Part shown: positions 1 through 11,490 of the stretch, one piece after another
How positions within the stretch are numbered: position 1 is the first letter of the stretch
Layout: each line of letters starts with the position of its first letter
NCBI GenBank assembly: GCA_963830365.1
Contig: CAWHMU010000045.1
Location: 64,001 to 128,000 of the forward strand
Source of the DNA: an uncultured Chlamydiae bacterium
GTDB taxonomy: Bacteria > Chlamydiota > Chlamydiia > Chlamydiales > Parachlamydiaceae
Direction of reading: 5' to 3'
DNA: 64,000 nt
Position numbers and translations under genes: made by a program
Notes under the pieces: model-generated
The model's input: only the letters and a program-made list of their open reading frames with translations
What the model was told of the DNA's origin: nothing
The model's database searches: none

Positions 1-1639
1 AAAAATGCATCAGCTCATGGCCAGCAATTTGGAAAAGGCTATCGAGGACATCCGGCAAATCCAAGGCAATGCACGGAGCAAAAATGACACCACGCGGCGA
101 CGATGGCCTATGATCGTCCTCAAATCACCAAAAGGTTGGACGGGACCGAAAGTAGTCGACGGATTGCAAATCGAAGGCACCTTCCGGTCGCACCAGGTGC
201 CGCTATTAGTGGATAGCAAACATCCTGATCATGTCAAGTTACTTGAAGATTGGATGAAAAGCTACAAGCCCGAGGAGCTATTTGATGAAAATGGACGTCT
301 GCGAGCGGAATTGGCCGAACTTGCACCCAAGGGCGAACGACGCATGGGAGCAAATCCCCATACCAATGGTGGCATTTTGCTCCACGACTTGGAAATGCCG
401 GACTTCCACGACCACGCGGTGAATGTGCCTTCGCCCGGTGCCATTGACGGGGAAGATACGCTAGTACTGGGTAAGTTTCTGCGCGATGTAATCAAGCTGA
501 ATCACGATAAGCGCAATTTCCGTGTCTTTGGTCCTGATGAGACACTCTCAAATCTATTGGGTGCTGTTTTTGAAGTCACCAACCGTCAGTGGGACGCCAG
601 GGAAGTGAAAAATGATGAATTCCTTGCCCCCAACGGAGGCGTGCTGGATTCGATGCTGAGTGAAAACCAGTGCGAGGGTTGGTTGGAAGGTTATTTGTTA
701 ACCGGACGGCATGGATTATTCAACAGCTATGAGGCGTTCATCCGCATCATCGATTCAATGTTCAGCCAGCACGCCAAGTGGCTGAAGGTGTGCCTGGAAC
801 TGCCCTGGCGACGGAAAATCTCATCGTTAAACTACCTGCTTGCTTCTCACGTTTGGCAGCAAGACCACAATGGCTTTACACACCAGGATCCCGGTTTCCT
901 CGACCACGTCATCAATAAAAAAGCCGATATCGTGCGCGTTTACCTGCCTCCAGACGCCAACTGCCTGTTGTCGGTATTTGATCACTGCCTGCGCAGTCGT
1001 AATTACGTCAACGTGGTGGTTGCTGGTAAACACCCTCTCCCGCAATGGCTGAACATGGATGCAGCCGTCGTGCATTGTACGGAAGGCATCGGCATTTGGC
1101 AATGGGCCAGCAACGATCAGGACGCTGCGCCGGACGTGGTGATGGGCTGCTGCGGAGACACTGCTACGCTAGAAACATTGGCCGCTGTTTCCATCCTTCG
1201 CGAGCATCTGCCTGAATTAAAAATTCGCGTCGTTAATGTCGTCGATTTGATGAGGCTGCAGCCTAAGAGCGAACATCCTCACGGTTTAAACGACACGGAT
1301 TATGATTCGCTCTTCACAAAAGACAAGCACATTATCTTTAACTTTCACGGTTATCCCTGGCTAGTCCATCGGCTGACTTACAGAAGGACCAACCAAAATC
1401 TGCACGTTCGTGGATACAAGGAAGAGGGCACAATCACGACAGCCTTTGACATGCGAGTGCAAAACGATATTGACAGGTTTCATCTGGTACAAGATGTGGT
1501 TGATCGGCTGCCTCATCTAGGATCAAAAGGCGCCTATTTGAAACAGATGATGCAGGACAAACTCATTGAGCACAAACATTACATTGATAAGCACGGTCTG
1601 GACATGCCGGAAATCCAGAACTGGAAATGGGGTCAATAA
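1..1639 (+). CDS. xfp: Xylulose-5-P/fructose-6-P phosphoketolase (5' end outside window)
   Basis: XFP motifs [68 protein letters not shown]; shorter than a full XFP, so the N-terminus probably lies before base 1. Confidence 0.97.
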   Translation, partial: KMHQLMASNLEKAIEDIRQIQGNARSKNDTTRRRWPMIVLKSPKGWTGPKVVDGLQIEGTFRSHQVPLLVDSKHPDHVKLLEDWMKSYKPEELFDENGRLRAELAELAPKGERRMGANPHTNGGILLHDLEMPDFHDHAVNVPSPGAIDGEDTLVLGKFLRDVIKLNHDKRNFRVFGPDETLSNLLGAVFEVTNRQWDAREVKNDEFLAPNGGVLDSMLSENQCEGWLEGYLLTGRHGLFNSYEAFIRIIDSMFSQHAKWLKVCLELPWRRKISSLNYLLASHVWQQDHNGFTHQDPGFLDHVINKKADIVRVYLPPDANCLLSVFDHCLRSRNYVNVVVAGKHPLPQWLNMDAAVVHCTEGIGIWQWASNDQDAAPDVVMGCCGDTATLETLAAVSILREHLPELKIRVVNVVDLMRLQPKSEHPHGLNDTDYDSLFTKDKHIIFNFHGYPWLVHRLTYRRTNQNLHVRGYKEEGTITTAFDMRVQNDIDRFHLVQDVVDRLPHLGSKGAYLKQMMQDKLIEHKHYIDKHGLDMPEIQNWKWGQ

Positions 1640-1697
1640 AGAAATGGGGCCCTAAGGCATATGCCGGAGATGCGGAATACGAAAGGATTAAATTAAA

Positions 1698-2690
1698 ATG
1701 GCGCTGCGACTAATTGAAATGGTGTTAAAGGAGAAGGATAGTGCTGCGGTTACCGAGCTTCTCAAAGACCATAAGATGCTTGAACACAGGCATCTTCTAT
1801 TATCTCAAGGAGAAGTGCTGGTACGGATTTTGTTGGATTCAGAAGAAAGCGAGTCTGTACTGGAGTTATTGGAAAAACAGTACGCAGGTAAAGAGGGAAA
1901 CCGGGTAGTGATTCTGCCTGTCGAGGCAACATTGCCGCGCGACGATCAGGAGCCGGTCGCTGCGCAAATAAAGGCGCCAGAGCGCATCAGCCGAGAAGAA
2001 TTGTACGAGAACATTAAAGATGCCGCTCGGTGTTCTAAGGTCTATTTGACGATGGTGATTTTATCCACGATAGTGGCATCGGTCGGTCTGCAGCAAAATA
2101 GTGTAGCGATCATCATCGGGGCAATGGTGATTGCGCCATTGCTTGGGCCAAACATTGCGTTGGCACTTGGCACAACGTTGGGAGACTTGACATTGTTACG
2201 ACGCGCACTGCTAACGGATATTGCCGGGATTGCGACGACGATCGTGCTCTCTATTATCATCGGTGCATTGGTACATATGGATCCGGCTGTATTAGAAGAA
2301 GTGTCTAATATGCGGGTCGGACTGGGAAACATGCTGGTGGCGTTAGCCTCAGGATGTGCAGGTGCGTTGTCATTCACCACCGGTGTTTCGGCGGCTTTGA
2401 TCGGCGTTATGGTGGCGGTGGCGCTGTTACCTCCCCTCGTAACATTTGGACTGCTGCTGGGGAGCGGATATCTGGATTTGTCCATGGTGGCATTGTCGCT
2501 GTTTCTGATGAACCTGATTTGCGTTAACCTCGCCGGCGTGATTACGTTCCTGCTTCAGGGCATTCACCCAACGACATGGCGGGAAAAAGGTCATGCCGCA
2601 AAGGCCACATTTATCGCCATCAGTTTTTGGGTGGTGCTATTGGCGGCATTAATAGGCTTAATTCTGCTTTTACGAAAGGATTTAGTATGA
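1698..2690 (+). CDS. TIGR00341/DUF389-family integral membrane protein
   Basis: [22 protein letters not shown] and [13 protein letters not shown] motifs; multiple TM helices; stop overlaps next ATG (ATGA). Confidence 0.85.
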   Translation: MALRLIEMVLKEKDSAAVTELLKDHKMLEHRHLLLSQGEVLVRILLDSEESESVLELLEKQYAGKEGNRVVILPVEATLPRDDQEPVAAQIKAPERISREELYENIKDAARCSKVYLTMVILSTIVASVGLQQNSVAIIIGAMVIAPLLGPNIALALGTTLGDLTLLRRALLTDIAGIATTIVLSIIIGALVHMDPAVLEEVSNMRVGLGNMLVALASGCAGALSFTTGVSAALIGVMVAVALLPPLVTFGLLLGSGYLDLSMVALSLFLMNLICVNLAGVITFLLQGIHPTTWREKGHAAKATFIAISFWVVLLAALIGLILLLRKDLV

Positions 2691-5347
2691 ATATCCAAGC
2701 GCTGATAAACACTGCAATTGCCCTGGTAGCCTGCGATAAGGGTTTGCTTGCTATGGATGAAAGCAATCCGACTTGCAATAAACGATTTGCCAAGTTAGGG
2801 ATTCCGCAGACTGTGGAAGCTAGGCGATCTTACCGGGAATTGATTTTGACTACACCCGGTTTAGGGGAGTTTATCAGCGGCGCCATCCTTTATGATGAAA
2901 CCATCCGTCAGTCCATGAAAGATGGCACGCCTTTTATTAAAGTCATTACCGATGCCGGGATCATTCCCGGCATCAAAGTTGACACCGGTGCAAAGGAGAT
3001 GGCTGGCCATGCCGGAGAAAAAATAACTGAAGGTCTTGATGGATTGCGCGATCGACTTAAGGAATATTACCAAATGGGCGCCCGTTTTGCCAAATGGCGC
3101 GCTGTGATTGCAATCGGCCATGATATACCTAGCAGAGGATGCATCGAAGCAAATGCGCAGGCGTTAGCTCGTTATGCCGCCTTATGCCAGGAGGCTGGAT
3201 TGGTACCGATCGTCGAGCCGGAAGTGCTGATGGACGGAGAGCATACCTTAGAGCAGTGCGGCAAGGTGACTGAGGAAGTTCTGCACACAGTTTTCAATCA
3301 TCTATATGCACAAGGAGTGATGCTGGAAGGTATGCTTTTAAAGCCCAACATGGTGCTTCCGGGATTGACCTGTCCCAAACAAGAAACTGTTGACGAGGTA
3401 GCCGATGCTACGGTGAGATGTCTCTTGCGAACTGTCCCGGCAGCCGTTCCCGGCGTTATGTTCTTATCGGGCGGTCAAGCCGGTGAACTGGCTTCAGCCC
3501 GTTTGAATGCCATGCATGTCCGATTCAAGTCAAAACTTCCTTGGGCGTTGTCATTTTCTTTTGCGCGCGCCATCCAACAGCCTGCTTTAGAGATTTGGCA
3601 AGGCAAGGAAGTAAATGTATCGGCAGCACAACAAGCTTTGTATCATCGAGCCAGATGCAACCAGGCAGCACGCCGTGGCGAGTACAATGCTGTGCTGGAA
3701 AAAGATATGGGTATGTCAACAAATAAAGTGACGCTCACAAAGCTCACAGCGTGGCATGCTCTCAAATCCCATTATCCGAAGGTTCGAGAATTGCATCTTA
3801 GGGGCCTCTTCGCGGATGATCCAAAGCGCGGAGAGCACATGACAGTTGAAGCAGTCGGCATCTATTTTGACTATTCGAAGCATCGCATTACCGACGAGAC
3901 ACTTAAGCTTCTTCTACAATTGGCGGAGGAAGTTGGGTTGCGGGCTCGCATTGAATCCATGTTCAGGGGCGACAAGATTAACGTCACGGAGAAGCGCGCC
4001 GTCCTGCATGTGGCGCTGCGTGCCCCCAAAGGGCAATCCATTGTTCTAGACGGTGAAGACGTCGTGCCTCAAGTCCATGCGGTGCTCGAAAAGATGGCCA
4101 ATTTTTCCAATCGAATTCGCAGTGGAGAATGGAAAGGTCACACGGGCAAGCCGATCCGCAACATCATCAATATCGGCATTGGCGGCTCTGATCTAGGTCC
4201 TGTGATGGCGTATGAGGCATTACGTCATTATAGCCAGCGGAATCTGACCTTCCGCTTCATCTCTAATATCGATGGCACTGACTTCACCGAGGCAACCCGC
4301 GACCTCGACGCTGAAGAGACGCTGTTCATCATCTCGTCGAAGACCTTTACGACCTTAGAGACGATGACTAATGCTCACACAGCCCGTGAATGGGCTCTCA
4401 AGACCTTGAAACACCCCGCGGCTGTTGCCAAGCATTTCGTCGCTGTCTCGACCAATGCCGAGGAGGTGGCTAAGTTCGGTATCGACACTGCAAATATGTT
4501 TGAGTTTTGGGATTGGGTCGGCGGCCGATACTCCATGGATGCAGCCATTGGCCTTTCAACAATGATCGCCATTGGTCCGGACAATTTTCGTGCCATGCTC
4601 GACGGTTTCCACCAGATGGATGAGCATTTTCGCACAGCTCCTTTCGAGAGCAATTTACCGGTGCTGATGGGACTGCTAGCTCTCTGGTACAACAACTTCT
4701 TCGATACACAGACGATAGCTGTCCTGCCGTATGAACAGTACTTGAAGCGTTTCCCCGCTTATCTCCAGCAGTTGACGATGGAAAGCAATGGCAAGCATGT
4801 CACGCTTGATGGGACTAAGGTAACCTACCAAACCGGACCGATTTTCTGGGGTGAACCGGGAACTAATGGTCAGCATTCCTTTTATCAATTGATTCATCAA
4901 GGGACTAAGCTCATCCCCTGCGATTTTATTGCGTTTGCTAAAGCCTTAAATCCTATTGGCCGTCACCATGATTTGCTCTTGGCCAACGTCTTTGCGCAGG
5001 CCGAGGCCCTGGCTTTTGGCAAAACACCGCAGGAACTACAAGCAGAAAATATACCTGAAAGGCTAATCCCGCACCGAACTTTCGAAGGCAACCGGCCATC
5101 CAGCACCATCTTGCTGGAACAGCTGACTCCTCAGGCGTTGGGGAAACTGGTAGCACTCTATGAACACAGTGTTTTCACGCAAGGTGCCATCTGGGAAATT
5201 GACTCATTCGACCAGTGGGGGGTCGAATTGGGAAAAGCACTTGCCGAGCGCATCATCCCCGAACTTGAAACGGGGAACAAGTCTCACCTAAAGCATGATA
5301 GTTCAACCAACAACCTAATCCTGCGTTATACGAGATCAAAGGCATGA
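2687..5347 (+). CDS. fba-pgi: Fusion of class I fructose-bisphosphate aldolase (N-terminal) and glucose-6-phosphate isomerase (C-terminal)
   Basis: [35 protein letters not shown] (class I FBA), then [36 protein letters not shown] (PGI) in one frame; likely start ATG 2687 coupled to upstream stop. Confidence 0.95.
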   Translation: MNIQALINTAIALVACDKGLLAMDESNPTCNKRFAKLGIPQTVEARRSYRELILTTPGLGEFISGAILYDETIRQSMKDGTPFIKVITDAGIIPGIKVDTGAKEMAGHAGEKITEGLDGLRDRLKEYYQMGARFAKWRAVIAIGHDIPSRGCIEANAQALARYAALCQEAGLVPIVEPEVLMDGEHTLEQCGKVTEEVLHTVFNHLYAQGVMLEGMLLKPNMVLPGLTCPKQETVDEVADATVRCLLRTVPAAVPGVMFLSGGQAGELASARLNAMHVRFKSKLPWALSFSFARAIQQPALEIWQGKEVNVSAAQQALYHRARCNQAARRGEYNAVLEKDMGMSTNKVTLTKLTAWHALKSHYPKVRELHLRGLFADDPKRGEHMTVEAVGIYFDYSKHRITDETLKLLLQLAEEVGLRARIESMFRGDKINVTEKRAVLHVALRAPKGQSIVLDGEDVVPQVHAVLEKMANFSNRIRSGEWKGHTGKPIRNIINIGIGGSDLGPVMAYEALRHYSQRNLTFRFISNIDGTDFTEATRDLDAEETLFIISSKTFTTLETMTNAHTAREWALKTLKHPAAVAKHFVAVSTNAEEVAKFGIDTANMFEFWDWVGGRYSMDAAIGLSTMIAIGPDNFRAMLDGFHQMDEHFRTAPFESNLPVLMGLLALWYNNFFDTQTIAVLPYEQYLKRFPAYLQQLTMESNGKHVTLDGTKVTYQTGPIFWGEPGTNGQHSFYQLIHQGTKLIPCDFIAFAKALNPIGRHHDLLLANVFAQAEALAFGKTPQELQAENIPERLIPHRTFEGNRPSSTILLEQLTPQALGKLVALYEHSVFTQGAIWEIDSFDQWGVELGKALAERIIPELETGNKSHLKHDSSTNNLILRYTRSKA

Positions 5348-5383
5348 GCGATAGTTCGTCACAAATGACAAGGGAGCCCCATT

Positions 5384-7495
5384 ATGGTTACAGATCAACA
5401 TAAGGCACTTGCATCGAAACCGGATCATGACGAGGTGGCCAAAAAGGCCTACGACATCTATCTGAAGGAAGGTTGTCCGCAAGGACACGATGTTCAGAAT
5501 TGGTTGGAGGCTGAGTCTGAAATAATGAAACCGCACACGCAGCCCAAACATCATGCAAATATGGCTGCAGATTTCCGGAAACGTTTCTGGATTTCACTTG
5601 TCTTAACCCTGCCCATTCTCATCCTTTCGCCGATGCTTCAAACACTGGCAGGACTGCGCGAAGCCATTAGTTTTCCCGGCGATATCTATGTCTTATTCGG
5701 TTTTTCTTCCGCTGTTTTTTTCTATGGCGGTTGGCCGTTTCTTAAAGGCTTTTTCGAGGAAATAAAATCCAAACGGCCAGGGATGATGACGCTCATTTCG
5801 GTCGCTATTGCTACGGCGTATCTTTACAGCAGCGCAGTGGTATTTGGCCTGACTGGCAAGATGTTTTTTTGGGAATTGGCCTCGCTGATCGATATCATGT
5901 TGCTTGGGCATTGGATTGAAATGAAATCTGTGATGGGTGCCTCACGGGCTTTAGAGGAACTTGCCAAACTAATGCCCTCCGATGCGCATAAACTCATGCC
6001 TGACGGCAATGTGAAAGATGTGCCGTTGAGCGAATTGGCGGTGAATGACAAAGTCCTGATCAAGCCGGGTGAGAAAATTCCGGCGGATGGGGTTATAGTA
6101 AACGGCGAAAGTTCCGTCGATGAGGCATTGTTAACCGGGGAGTCAGCCCCAGTTGACAAAAAGGCAGGCGAAAAAGTTATCGGTGGGTCAATCAACGGAG
6201 AAGGTTCATTGACCCTCGAGGTCAAGGGTACCGGCAAGGACTCGTTTCTCTCGCAAGTCATCAATCTCGTCAAACAGGCTCAAGAAAGTAAATCAAAGAC
6301 CCAGGACCTCGCCAATACCGCAGCTCTATGGTTAACGATCATTGCTTTGGGCGTCGGTGTTATAACTCTATTTGTTTGGCTGGTTATAATTGGCAAGGAC
6401 TTCGCTTTTGCCATCGAACGCACCGTCACGGTCATGGTCATCACCTGTCCGCACGCCTTAGGTCTTGCCGTACCATTGGTGGTAGCTGTTTCCACGGCAC
6501 TAGCAGCGAAAAATGGCTTGCTGATTCGAAATCGCGTTTCTTTCGAGAGTGCCCGGAAACTGCAGGCTATCATTTTTGATAAGACAGGCACGCTTACCGA
6601 GGGCCGCTTTGGTGTGACCGACACACTAGTGTTTTCGCAGGACATCGACGAAGATACATTACGCCAGTACGCAGCATCTGTGGATGCGTATTCCGAACAT
6701 CCCATCGCCAAGGCTATCGCTGCTTCTTCGAAAAAGAAGCTTCCTGTCGATAACTTTAAAAGTATACCGGGAAAAGGGGCCGAAGGTAAAGTCGAGGGTA
6801 GAGAGATCAAGGTTGTTAGCCCCGGTTTCTTGCGAGAACAAAATATCGCTCTTACCGATAAGCGTATCGAGCCAATGCAAGCCCAAGGCAAGACAGTCGT
6901 ATTTGTCCTCGTTGACGGAAAATTGAAAGGAGCGATTGCCCTGGCTGACATCGTCAGGCCCGAGGCAAAACAAACCATCGATGCACTTAAGAAATTGAAC
7001 ATTCGCTGCATGATGCTAACAGGTGATAACAAAGCGACGGCTAAATGGGTCTCAGACCAAGTCGGGCTGGATGAATATTTCGCCGAAGTCCTACCTCAGG
7101 ACAAAGCCTCCAAAGTAAAAGAAGTTCAATCCCGTGGTATATTGGTGGCAATGACTGGCGATGGAGTGAATGATGCCCCGGCGCTGGCTCAGGCGGATTT
7201 GGGTATTGCTATTGGAGCGGGTTCTGATGTGGCGATCGAAACGGCCGATGTAATCTTGGTGCGAAGCAATCCATTGGACGTCGTGGCCATCCTGAAGCTT
7301 TCCCGTGCCACATATCGTAAAATGGTTCAAAATCTTCTTTGGGCTACTGGCTACAACACCTTCGCTATTCCACTAGCCGCTGGTGTGTTTTATTCATTTG
7401 GCATACTGCTCACGCCTGCTATGGGCGCTGTGTTGATGTCGGCAAGTACAGTGATCGTTGCCATCAATGCGCGATTGCTGAAAATAAAACGATAG
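5384..7495 (+). CDS. copB: Copper-translocating P1B-type ATPase (CPH motif, CopB-like) with N-terminal DUF2934-like module
   Basis: TGES, ITCPHALG, DKTGTLT, SEHPIA, GDGVNDAPAL, GYN and MSAST motifs. Confidence 0.92.
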   Translation: MVTDQHKALASKPDHDEVAKKAYDIYLKEGCPQGHDVQNWLEAESEIMKPHTQPKHHANMAADFRKRFWISLVLTLPILILSPMLQTLAGLREAISFPGDIYVLFGFSSAVFFYGGWPFLKGFFEEIKSKRPGMMTLISVAIATAYLYSSAVVFGLTGKMFFWELASLIDIMLLGHWIEMKSVMGASRALEELAKLMPSDAHKLMPDGNVKDVPLSELAVNDKVLIKPGEKIPADGVIVNGESSVDEALLTGESAPVDKKAGEKVIGGSINGEGSLTLEVKGTGKDSFLSQVINLVKQAQESKSKTQDLANTAALWLTIIALGVGVITLFVWLVIIGKDFAFAIERTVTVMVITCPHALGLAVPLVVAVSTALAAKNGLLIRNRVSFESARKLQAIIFDKTGTLTEGRFGVTDTLVFSQDIDEDTLRQYAASVDAYSEHPIAKAIAASSKKKLPVDNFKSIPGKGAEGKVEGREIKVVSPGFLREQNIALTDKRIEPMQAQGKTVVFVLVDGKLKGAIALADIVRPEAKQTIDALKKLNIRCMMLTGDNKATAKWVSDQVGLDEYFAEVLPQDKASKVKEVQSRGILVAMTGDGVNDAPALAQADLGIAIGAGSDVAIETADVILVRSNPLDVVAILKLSRATYRKMVQNLLWATGYNTFAIPLAAGVFYSFGILLTPAMGAVLMSASTVIVAINARLLKIKR

Positions 7496-7568
7496 CAAGA
7501 AAATAAAGACGGAGCTGATCTGGATTGCCAGATTGTCAATTGGTCGTAACTTAACAAAAGGTGTTTTT

Positions 7569-7694
7569 ATGATGGATCATACAGACGGATGGATGAATGG
7601 TTGGATGGGAGGAGGAATGTGGATTTGGACTGTGATCGGAATATTGGTGCTAGTCCTACTGGTCATTGCGATTAACAGGCTGTCCAAGAAATAA
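7569..7694 (+). CDS. 41-aa Met/Gly/Trp-rich single-pass membrane protein (not in ORF track)
   Basis: Hand translation MMDHTDGWMNGWMGGGMWIWTVIGILVLVLLVIAINRLSKK*; AAGGTG RBS upstream; TM helix followed by basic tail. Confidence 0.7.
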   Translation: MMDHTDGWMNGWMGGGMWIWTVIGILVLVLLVIAINRLSKK

Positions 7695-7743
7695 GCATGC
7701 ATACACAGACTATGCACTAACAATTAACCATTAAAGGGAAATT

Positions 7744-8124
7744 ATGTTAATCAAATTGTCTACCGACAAAACCGTGAGTGAAGCTGCATCTGCCTTAGAG
7801 GCTGCTATACAGAACAATCATTTTGGTCTTATGCAGGTTCACAATCTAAAAGAGTCTATGATGAAGAAGGGTGTAGAATTCGCCCGCGAATGCCTAATCT
7901 TCGAGGTCTGTCAGCCGCAACAAGCGAAGAAGGTTCTTGACCAAAACATGAGCGTTTCAACTGCCCTGCCATGCCGAATCTCCATTTACGAGGAGGATGG
8001 AAAAACCTTTCTGGCTACCTTGAAGCCAACCACCCTTCTGGCTATGTTCAAGTCTCCTCAACTTGAAGGGGTGGCACAGGAAGTCGAGGACACGATTATT
8101 AAAATCATGAAGGAAGCAATTTAA
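7744..8124 (+). CDS. DUF302-domain protein
   Basis: IFEVCQPQQAKKVL...ALPCRISIYEEDGKT motif; commonly found beside copper genes. Confidence 0.88.
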   Translation: MLIKLSTDKTVSEAASALEAAIQNNHFGLMQVHNLKESMMKKGVEFARECLIFEVCQPQQAKKVLDQNMSVSTALPCRISIYEEDGKTFLATLKPTTLLAMFKSPQLEGVAQEVEDTIIKIMKEAI

Positions 8125-8425
8125 TCATCTGAAATTACAGTTCGATTCATATTTATAATATATAAAGCTTTGGGATTATCGCCCCAAATCCTCAAGGCGA
8201 CAAAAGCAATCTTGTAAATTTCAAGATGTAGTGACGAATCACATAAACTTTGTCTCGATTTTCACTGTGCGAGCCACTGAAGTTGGGATAAGAGCTGGTC
8301 TGATCAGAACAATTGAAGCTGGACCGAAAGAAGACCTGCGAGTCTTATTAAAAGCCTGGGCAGTGCATGAAGACTGCGTGAATAAGACAAAGGCTACCTG
8401 AGCAGATTTTTTTAACCGTTTCGAT

Positions 8426-8672
8426 ATGTTGTGGATTTTCGTTTATACGGAAGGCGTGGAGCCAACGAACAACTTGGTGGAAAAAGGTCTCAGGCATAGA
8501 GTAATTTGGAGAAAGCTATCCCACGGATCACAGTCCGAAACGGGCGAAAGATTTGTTGAACGTGTAATGAGCGTAGCTCTGACCTTAAAACTCCAGACGA
8601 AAAAAACTTTTGAGTATTTCAGCGAATGCTTCAATGCATTCTTCTATGGCGGCAAAGCGCCACCAGTGTTTT
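8426..8672 (+). pseudogene. C-terminal remnant of an IS66-family transposase; its end (PVFSG*) and probable right terminus resume at 11045-11158 after IS66 copy 1
   Basis: GVEPTNNLVEKGLRHRVIWRKLSHGSQSETGERFVER matches the IS66 C-terminal pattern; CCCCGTGAATGGATAC end near 11143-11158. Confidence 0.7.
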
Positions 8673-8751
8673 GTAAGCGTCAATTTTAGCCATCTTTTTA
8701 CAATTCAACCAAACTGGTAATCTTCCCTTAGATTTCATTTTAAGGAGAGAT

Positions 8752-9075
8752 ATGACCAAAGGAAAACCGAATCCCAACTGGAAAAAATTAGTCCACGAAT
8801 GGAGAGACAGCGGAAAAAGCGCGTGCGTTTGGTGCCAAGAACAACAAATTCCCATGAACACTCTGTCCGGCTGGAAAAAGCGTCTTAAACGATTGGAAGG
8901 CGATAGCGATGGCAAAGGATTCCAAAAGCCTTTTGTTGAGTTGAAGAATTTACGCCCCCTTGTAGATTCTGGAGTTCTCCTAGAGATTGATGGAGTGAGT
9001 ATTCGCTTGCAAGTTGATTTTGATGAGACGGTTTTTAGACAATGTTTGGATTGCTTGAGAGGAGGTAGATCATGA
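8752..9075 (+). CDS. tnpA: IS66 accessory protein TnpA
   Basis: W..SGKS...WC...I...TLSGWKKRL helix-turn-helix pattern; first ORF in the element. Confidence 0.9.
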   Translation: MTKGKPNPNWKKLVHEWRDSGKSACVWCQEQQIPMNTLSGWKKRLKRLEGDSDGKGFQKPFVELKNLRPLVDSGVLLEIDGVSIRLQVDFDETVFRQCLDCLRGGRS

Positions 9076-9404
9076 TAGCCCTCTCAGGTAGCGCCCGTAT
9101 CTTCTTTTTCAAACAGCCGATCGATATGAGAAAAGGCATAGAAAAATTGTCTCAGCTTGTCGAATCCTGCTGCTCCGGAGAGTTGATGAGCGGTGCTTAT
9201 TTTGTTTTCGTCAATCAGACGAAGGATAGGATGAAGGTCTTGTACTGGGATAACGATGGGTTCGCTATTTGGTGGAAACGCCTTGAAAAAGGAAGCTTCC
9301 ATCTTCTTGGAATCGATAGATTTCTCATCGATCGCAAGGAATTTTTCATGCTCTTGGAAGGGATCACTCCAAAGAAAATCCAAAGCCGTTTTAGCGTGCG
9401 CTAA
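9072..9404 (+). CDS. tnpB: IS66 accessory protein TnpB
   Basis: PIDMRKG, FVFVN, KVLYWDNDGF..WKRLEKG. Confidence 0.95.
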   Translation: MIALSGSARIFFFKQPIDMRKGIEKLSQLVESCCSGELMSGAYFVFVNQTKDRMKVLYWDNDGFAIWWKRLEKGSFHLLGIDRFLIDRKEFFMLLEGITPKKIQSRFSVR

Positions 9405-9465
9405 AACAGCGTTTTCCTGATTTTTTTTCTTGGAAACTTTTCTGTTTTTTGGTATATTTTTGCAT

Positions 9466-10998
9466 ATGAAAACAGCGGAAATATCACTAGAACAGCCCTT
9501 GCAAGAAGTCGAAATCTTAAAGAAAGAAATCGCCTTTCTAAACGAGCAAATTGCTTGGTTTAAGCGACAACTGTTCGGTCAAAAATCCGAGAAACTGGTC
9601 GATGCGCAAAACTCTGAACAACTCTCCTTCGAGGGTTTGGAAGAACCTTCCTCCGCTGAAGAAAAAAAACGGCTCGTCCCCGCTCATCATCGTTCCATTA
9701 ACAAGACCAAAGGCAAGGACAAAATCGTTCTGCCGGAAGATCTGCCTATAGAAAAGCAGATTCTCGACTTGCCAGAATCTGAAAAGATTTGCCCTGAAAC
9801 TGGTAAACCTTTAGTGAAGATTGGCGAAGAAATTACATCCAAGCTGGCTCACAAACCGGGCAGCTATTACATCAAACAAATCGTCAGATCTAAGTATGGC
9901 CTTCCTGAAGGCGAAGGCGTTGTGACTCCTGAATTGCCTGCAAGTCTTTTAGATCGCTGTCTTGCTGACGACAGCCTACTTGCCGACATTGCAGTCAAAA
10001 AATTCGCAGACCATCTTCCCATCTATCGTCAAGCTGAAATCATGTCCCGTCAGGGCATTTTTATTAGCAGACAAGTTCTTTGTCAGTGGGTGACCCGTGC
10101 CGGAAAGGCCTTAAAACCTCTCTATAACGAGATGTTGGATAGAGTGTTAAGAAGTGGTAACGTTTTCTATGATGAGACTCCTATTGCTATGCTAGAGCCC
10201 GGTAGAGGAAAGACCCGTCAAGCTTACATGTGGGTCTTAGTAGGGGGAAACTCGGCAGCGCCTTCCTATCGAATCTATGATTTTTGCAATAGTCGAGCTC
10301 ATGATAATGCTGTAAGGCTATTAAATGGCTATGACAAAGTGCTTCATTCCGACAAATATGGAGCTTATGAAGCATTGGCCAACAAGAAGCAATTCACCTG
10401 GTGTCCATGCTGGGCGCACATCAGGAGGAAATTTATCGAAGCAGAAGTGGGCGATCTTAAGTTTCGAAACTGGGTTTTGATGAAGATTAGGCATCTTTTC
10501 ATGCTTGAAAGAGTCGCATGGGCGCGATCGGAAAAGGAGCGGCTTCAAATTCGTCAAGAAAAAGCAGTTCCCATAATCGATGCTCTTATTGCGGCGATCA
10601 AAGGCAAGTTAGTTGACGGAAATATTCTACCCAAATCCAAATTTAAAACAGCACTAGGGTATTTCTGCGGTTTGATTCCCTACTTGAAGAATTACACTCT
10701 GCATGCATTTGCCAGAATGGATAATAACGTGGCTGAGCGCGCTGTGCGCCCCCTCGCAATTGGTCGCAAAAACTGGCTTTTTGTGGGCAATGAGGACGGC
10801 GGCGAATCTGCGGCAGTGTTCTACTCTCTGATTCAGACCTGCCGTGCGCTCAAAATTAATCCGAGAGACTATCTTGAATATGTGATGATGCGGTTGAACG
10901 GTCATCCTGCTTCAAAGCTTCACGAGCTCTTACCGGATAACTGGGCAGAAGCGCGCGCTTCGTTCGCTCAAATCGCCAAAGAGCCAGCCTTCCAATAA
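9466..10998 (+). CDS. tnpC: IS66 DDE transposase TnpC
   Basis: LFGQKSEK, KFADHLPIYRQ, DETP, SDKYGAY, CWAHIRRKF, DNNVAERAVR, GRKNWLF; ATG 9466 preferred over TTG 9430. Confidence 0.97.
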   Translation: MKTAEISLEQPLQEVEILKKEIAFLNEQIAWFKRQLFGQKSEKLVDAQNSEQLSFEGLEEPSSAEEKKRLVPAHHRSINKTKGKDKIVLPEDLPIEKQILDLPESEKICPETGKPLVKIGEEITSKLAHKPGSYYIKQIVRSKYGLPEGEGVVTPELPASLLDRCLADDSLLADIAVKKFADHLPIYRQAEIMSRQGIFISRQVLCQWVTRAGKALKPLYNEMLDRVLRSGNVFYDETPIAMLEPGRGKTRQAYMWVLVGGNSAAPSYRIYDFCNSRAHDNAVRLLNGYDKVLHSDKYGAYEALANKKQFTWCPCWAHIRRKFIEAEVGDLKFRNWVLMKIRHLFMLERVAWARSEKERLQIRQEKAVPIIDALIAAIKGKLVDGNILPKSKFKTALGYFCGLIPYLKNYTLHAFARMDNNVAERAVRPLAIGRKNWLFVGNEDGGESAAVFYSLIQTCRALKINPRDYLEYVMMRLNGHPASKLHELLPDNWAEARASFAQIAKEPAFQ

Positions 10999-11182
10999 TT
11001 ATCACTTCAGGCTACATGGCCTTAATTGACGCTTACAGTGTTTTCAGGATAATCGTAATGCATTCCACATCATTAATTGACGGGGTGGGGGTAATGACAG
11101 CTACCGACTACAGGAAGTAGCTGGTAGCGGTCACTACCCCCACCCCGTGAATGGATACAAAAATTGTCTATTGGCTATTTAC

Positions 11183-11218
11183 AAGAAAGCCTTAAGATAA
11201 ATATTTTAAGGCTTTCTT
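11183..11218 (-). terminator. Probable intrinsic terminator downstream of the multicopper oxidase
   Basis: Inverted repeat AAGAAAGCCTTAA...TTAAGGCTTTCTT about 50 bp after the original stop codon at 11271. Confidence 0.55.
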
Positions 11219-11270
11219 TAGGATTAATGATGACTATGAGCAGTTGAACAAGATTCAGAAGATTGCTTGT

Positions 11271-11411
11271 TCATTTAGTTTTCCCTTGGTGTTGTTGCAT
11301 TTGATTCTCATTCATGTTGGGCATAGCCATATCAGGAGACTTTCCCTGCATATTCGGTCTCATATTTATCTTCTGCCCATTATGCATATGTCCACCCATA
11401 CTATCTTCTGG
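11271..11411 (-). pseudogene. Detached original C-terminal tail of the multicopper oxidase (PEDSMGGHMHNG...QHQGKTK*)
   Basis: Joins in frame to ...QSKPE across the TCTTCTGG TSD when IS66 copy 2 is removed. Confidence 0.9.
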
Positions 11412-11490
11412 GTAAGCGTCAATTTTAGCCATCTTTTTACAATTCAACCAAACTGGTAATCTTCCCTTAGATTTCATTTTAAGGAGAGAT

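Larger units (their letters stand above)
8673..11036 (+). mobile_element. IS66-family element copy 1 (2364 bp)
   Basis: Terminal IRs GTAAGCGTCAATT...AATTGACGCTTAC; 8-bp TSD AGTGTTTT at 8665-8672 and 11037-11044; tnpA-tnpB-tnpC. Confidence 0.98.

Noticed and set aside
1604..1690. Echo of the last xfp codons after its stop (GAAATGGGG twice; ATGCCGGA twice)
   Set aside because: Matches are only 8-9 bp, too short to distinguish a recombination scar from chance
2576..2686. N-terminal extension of the FBA-PGI ORF in the ORF track
   Set aside because: Overlaps the upstream gene; aldolase similarity begins at ATG 2687. Similar over-extensions were trimmed for slipin, zwf, gpsA and tnpC
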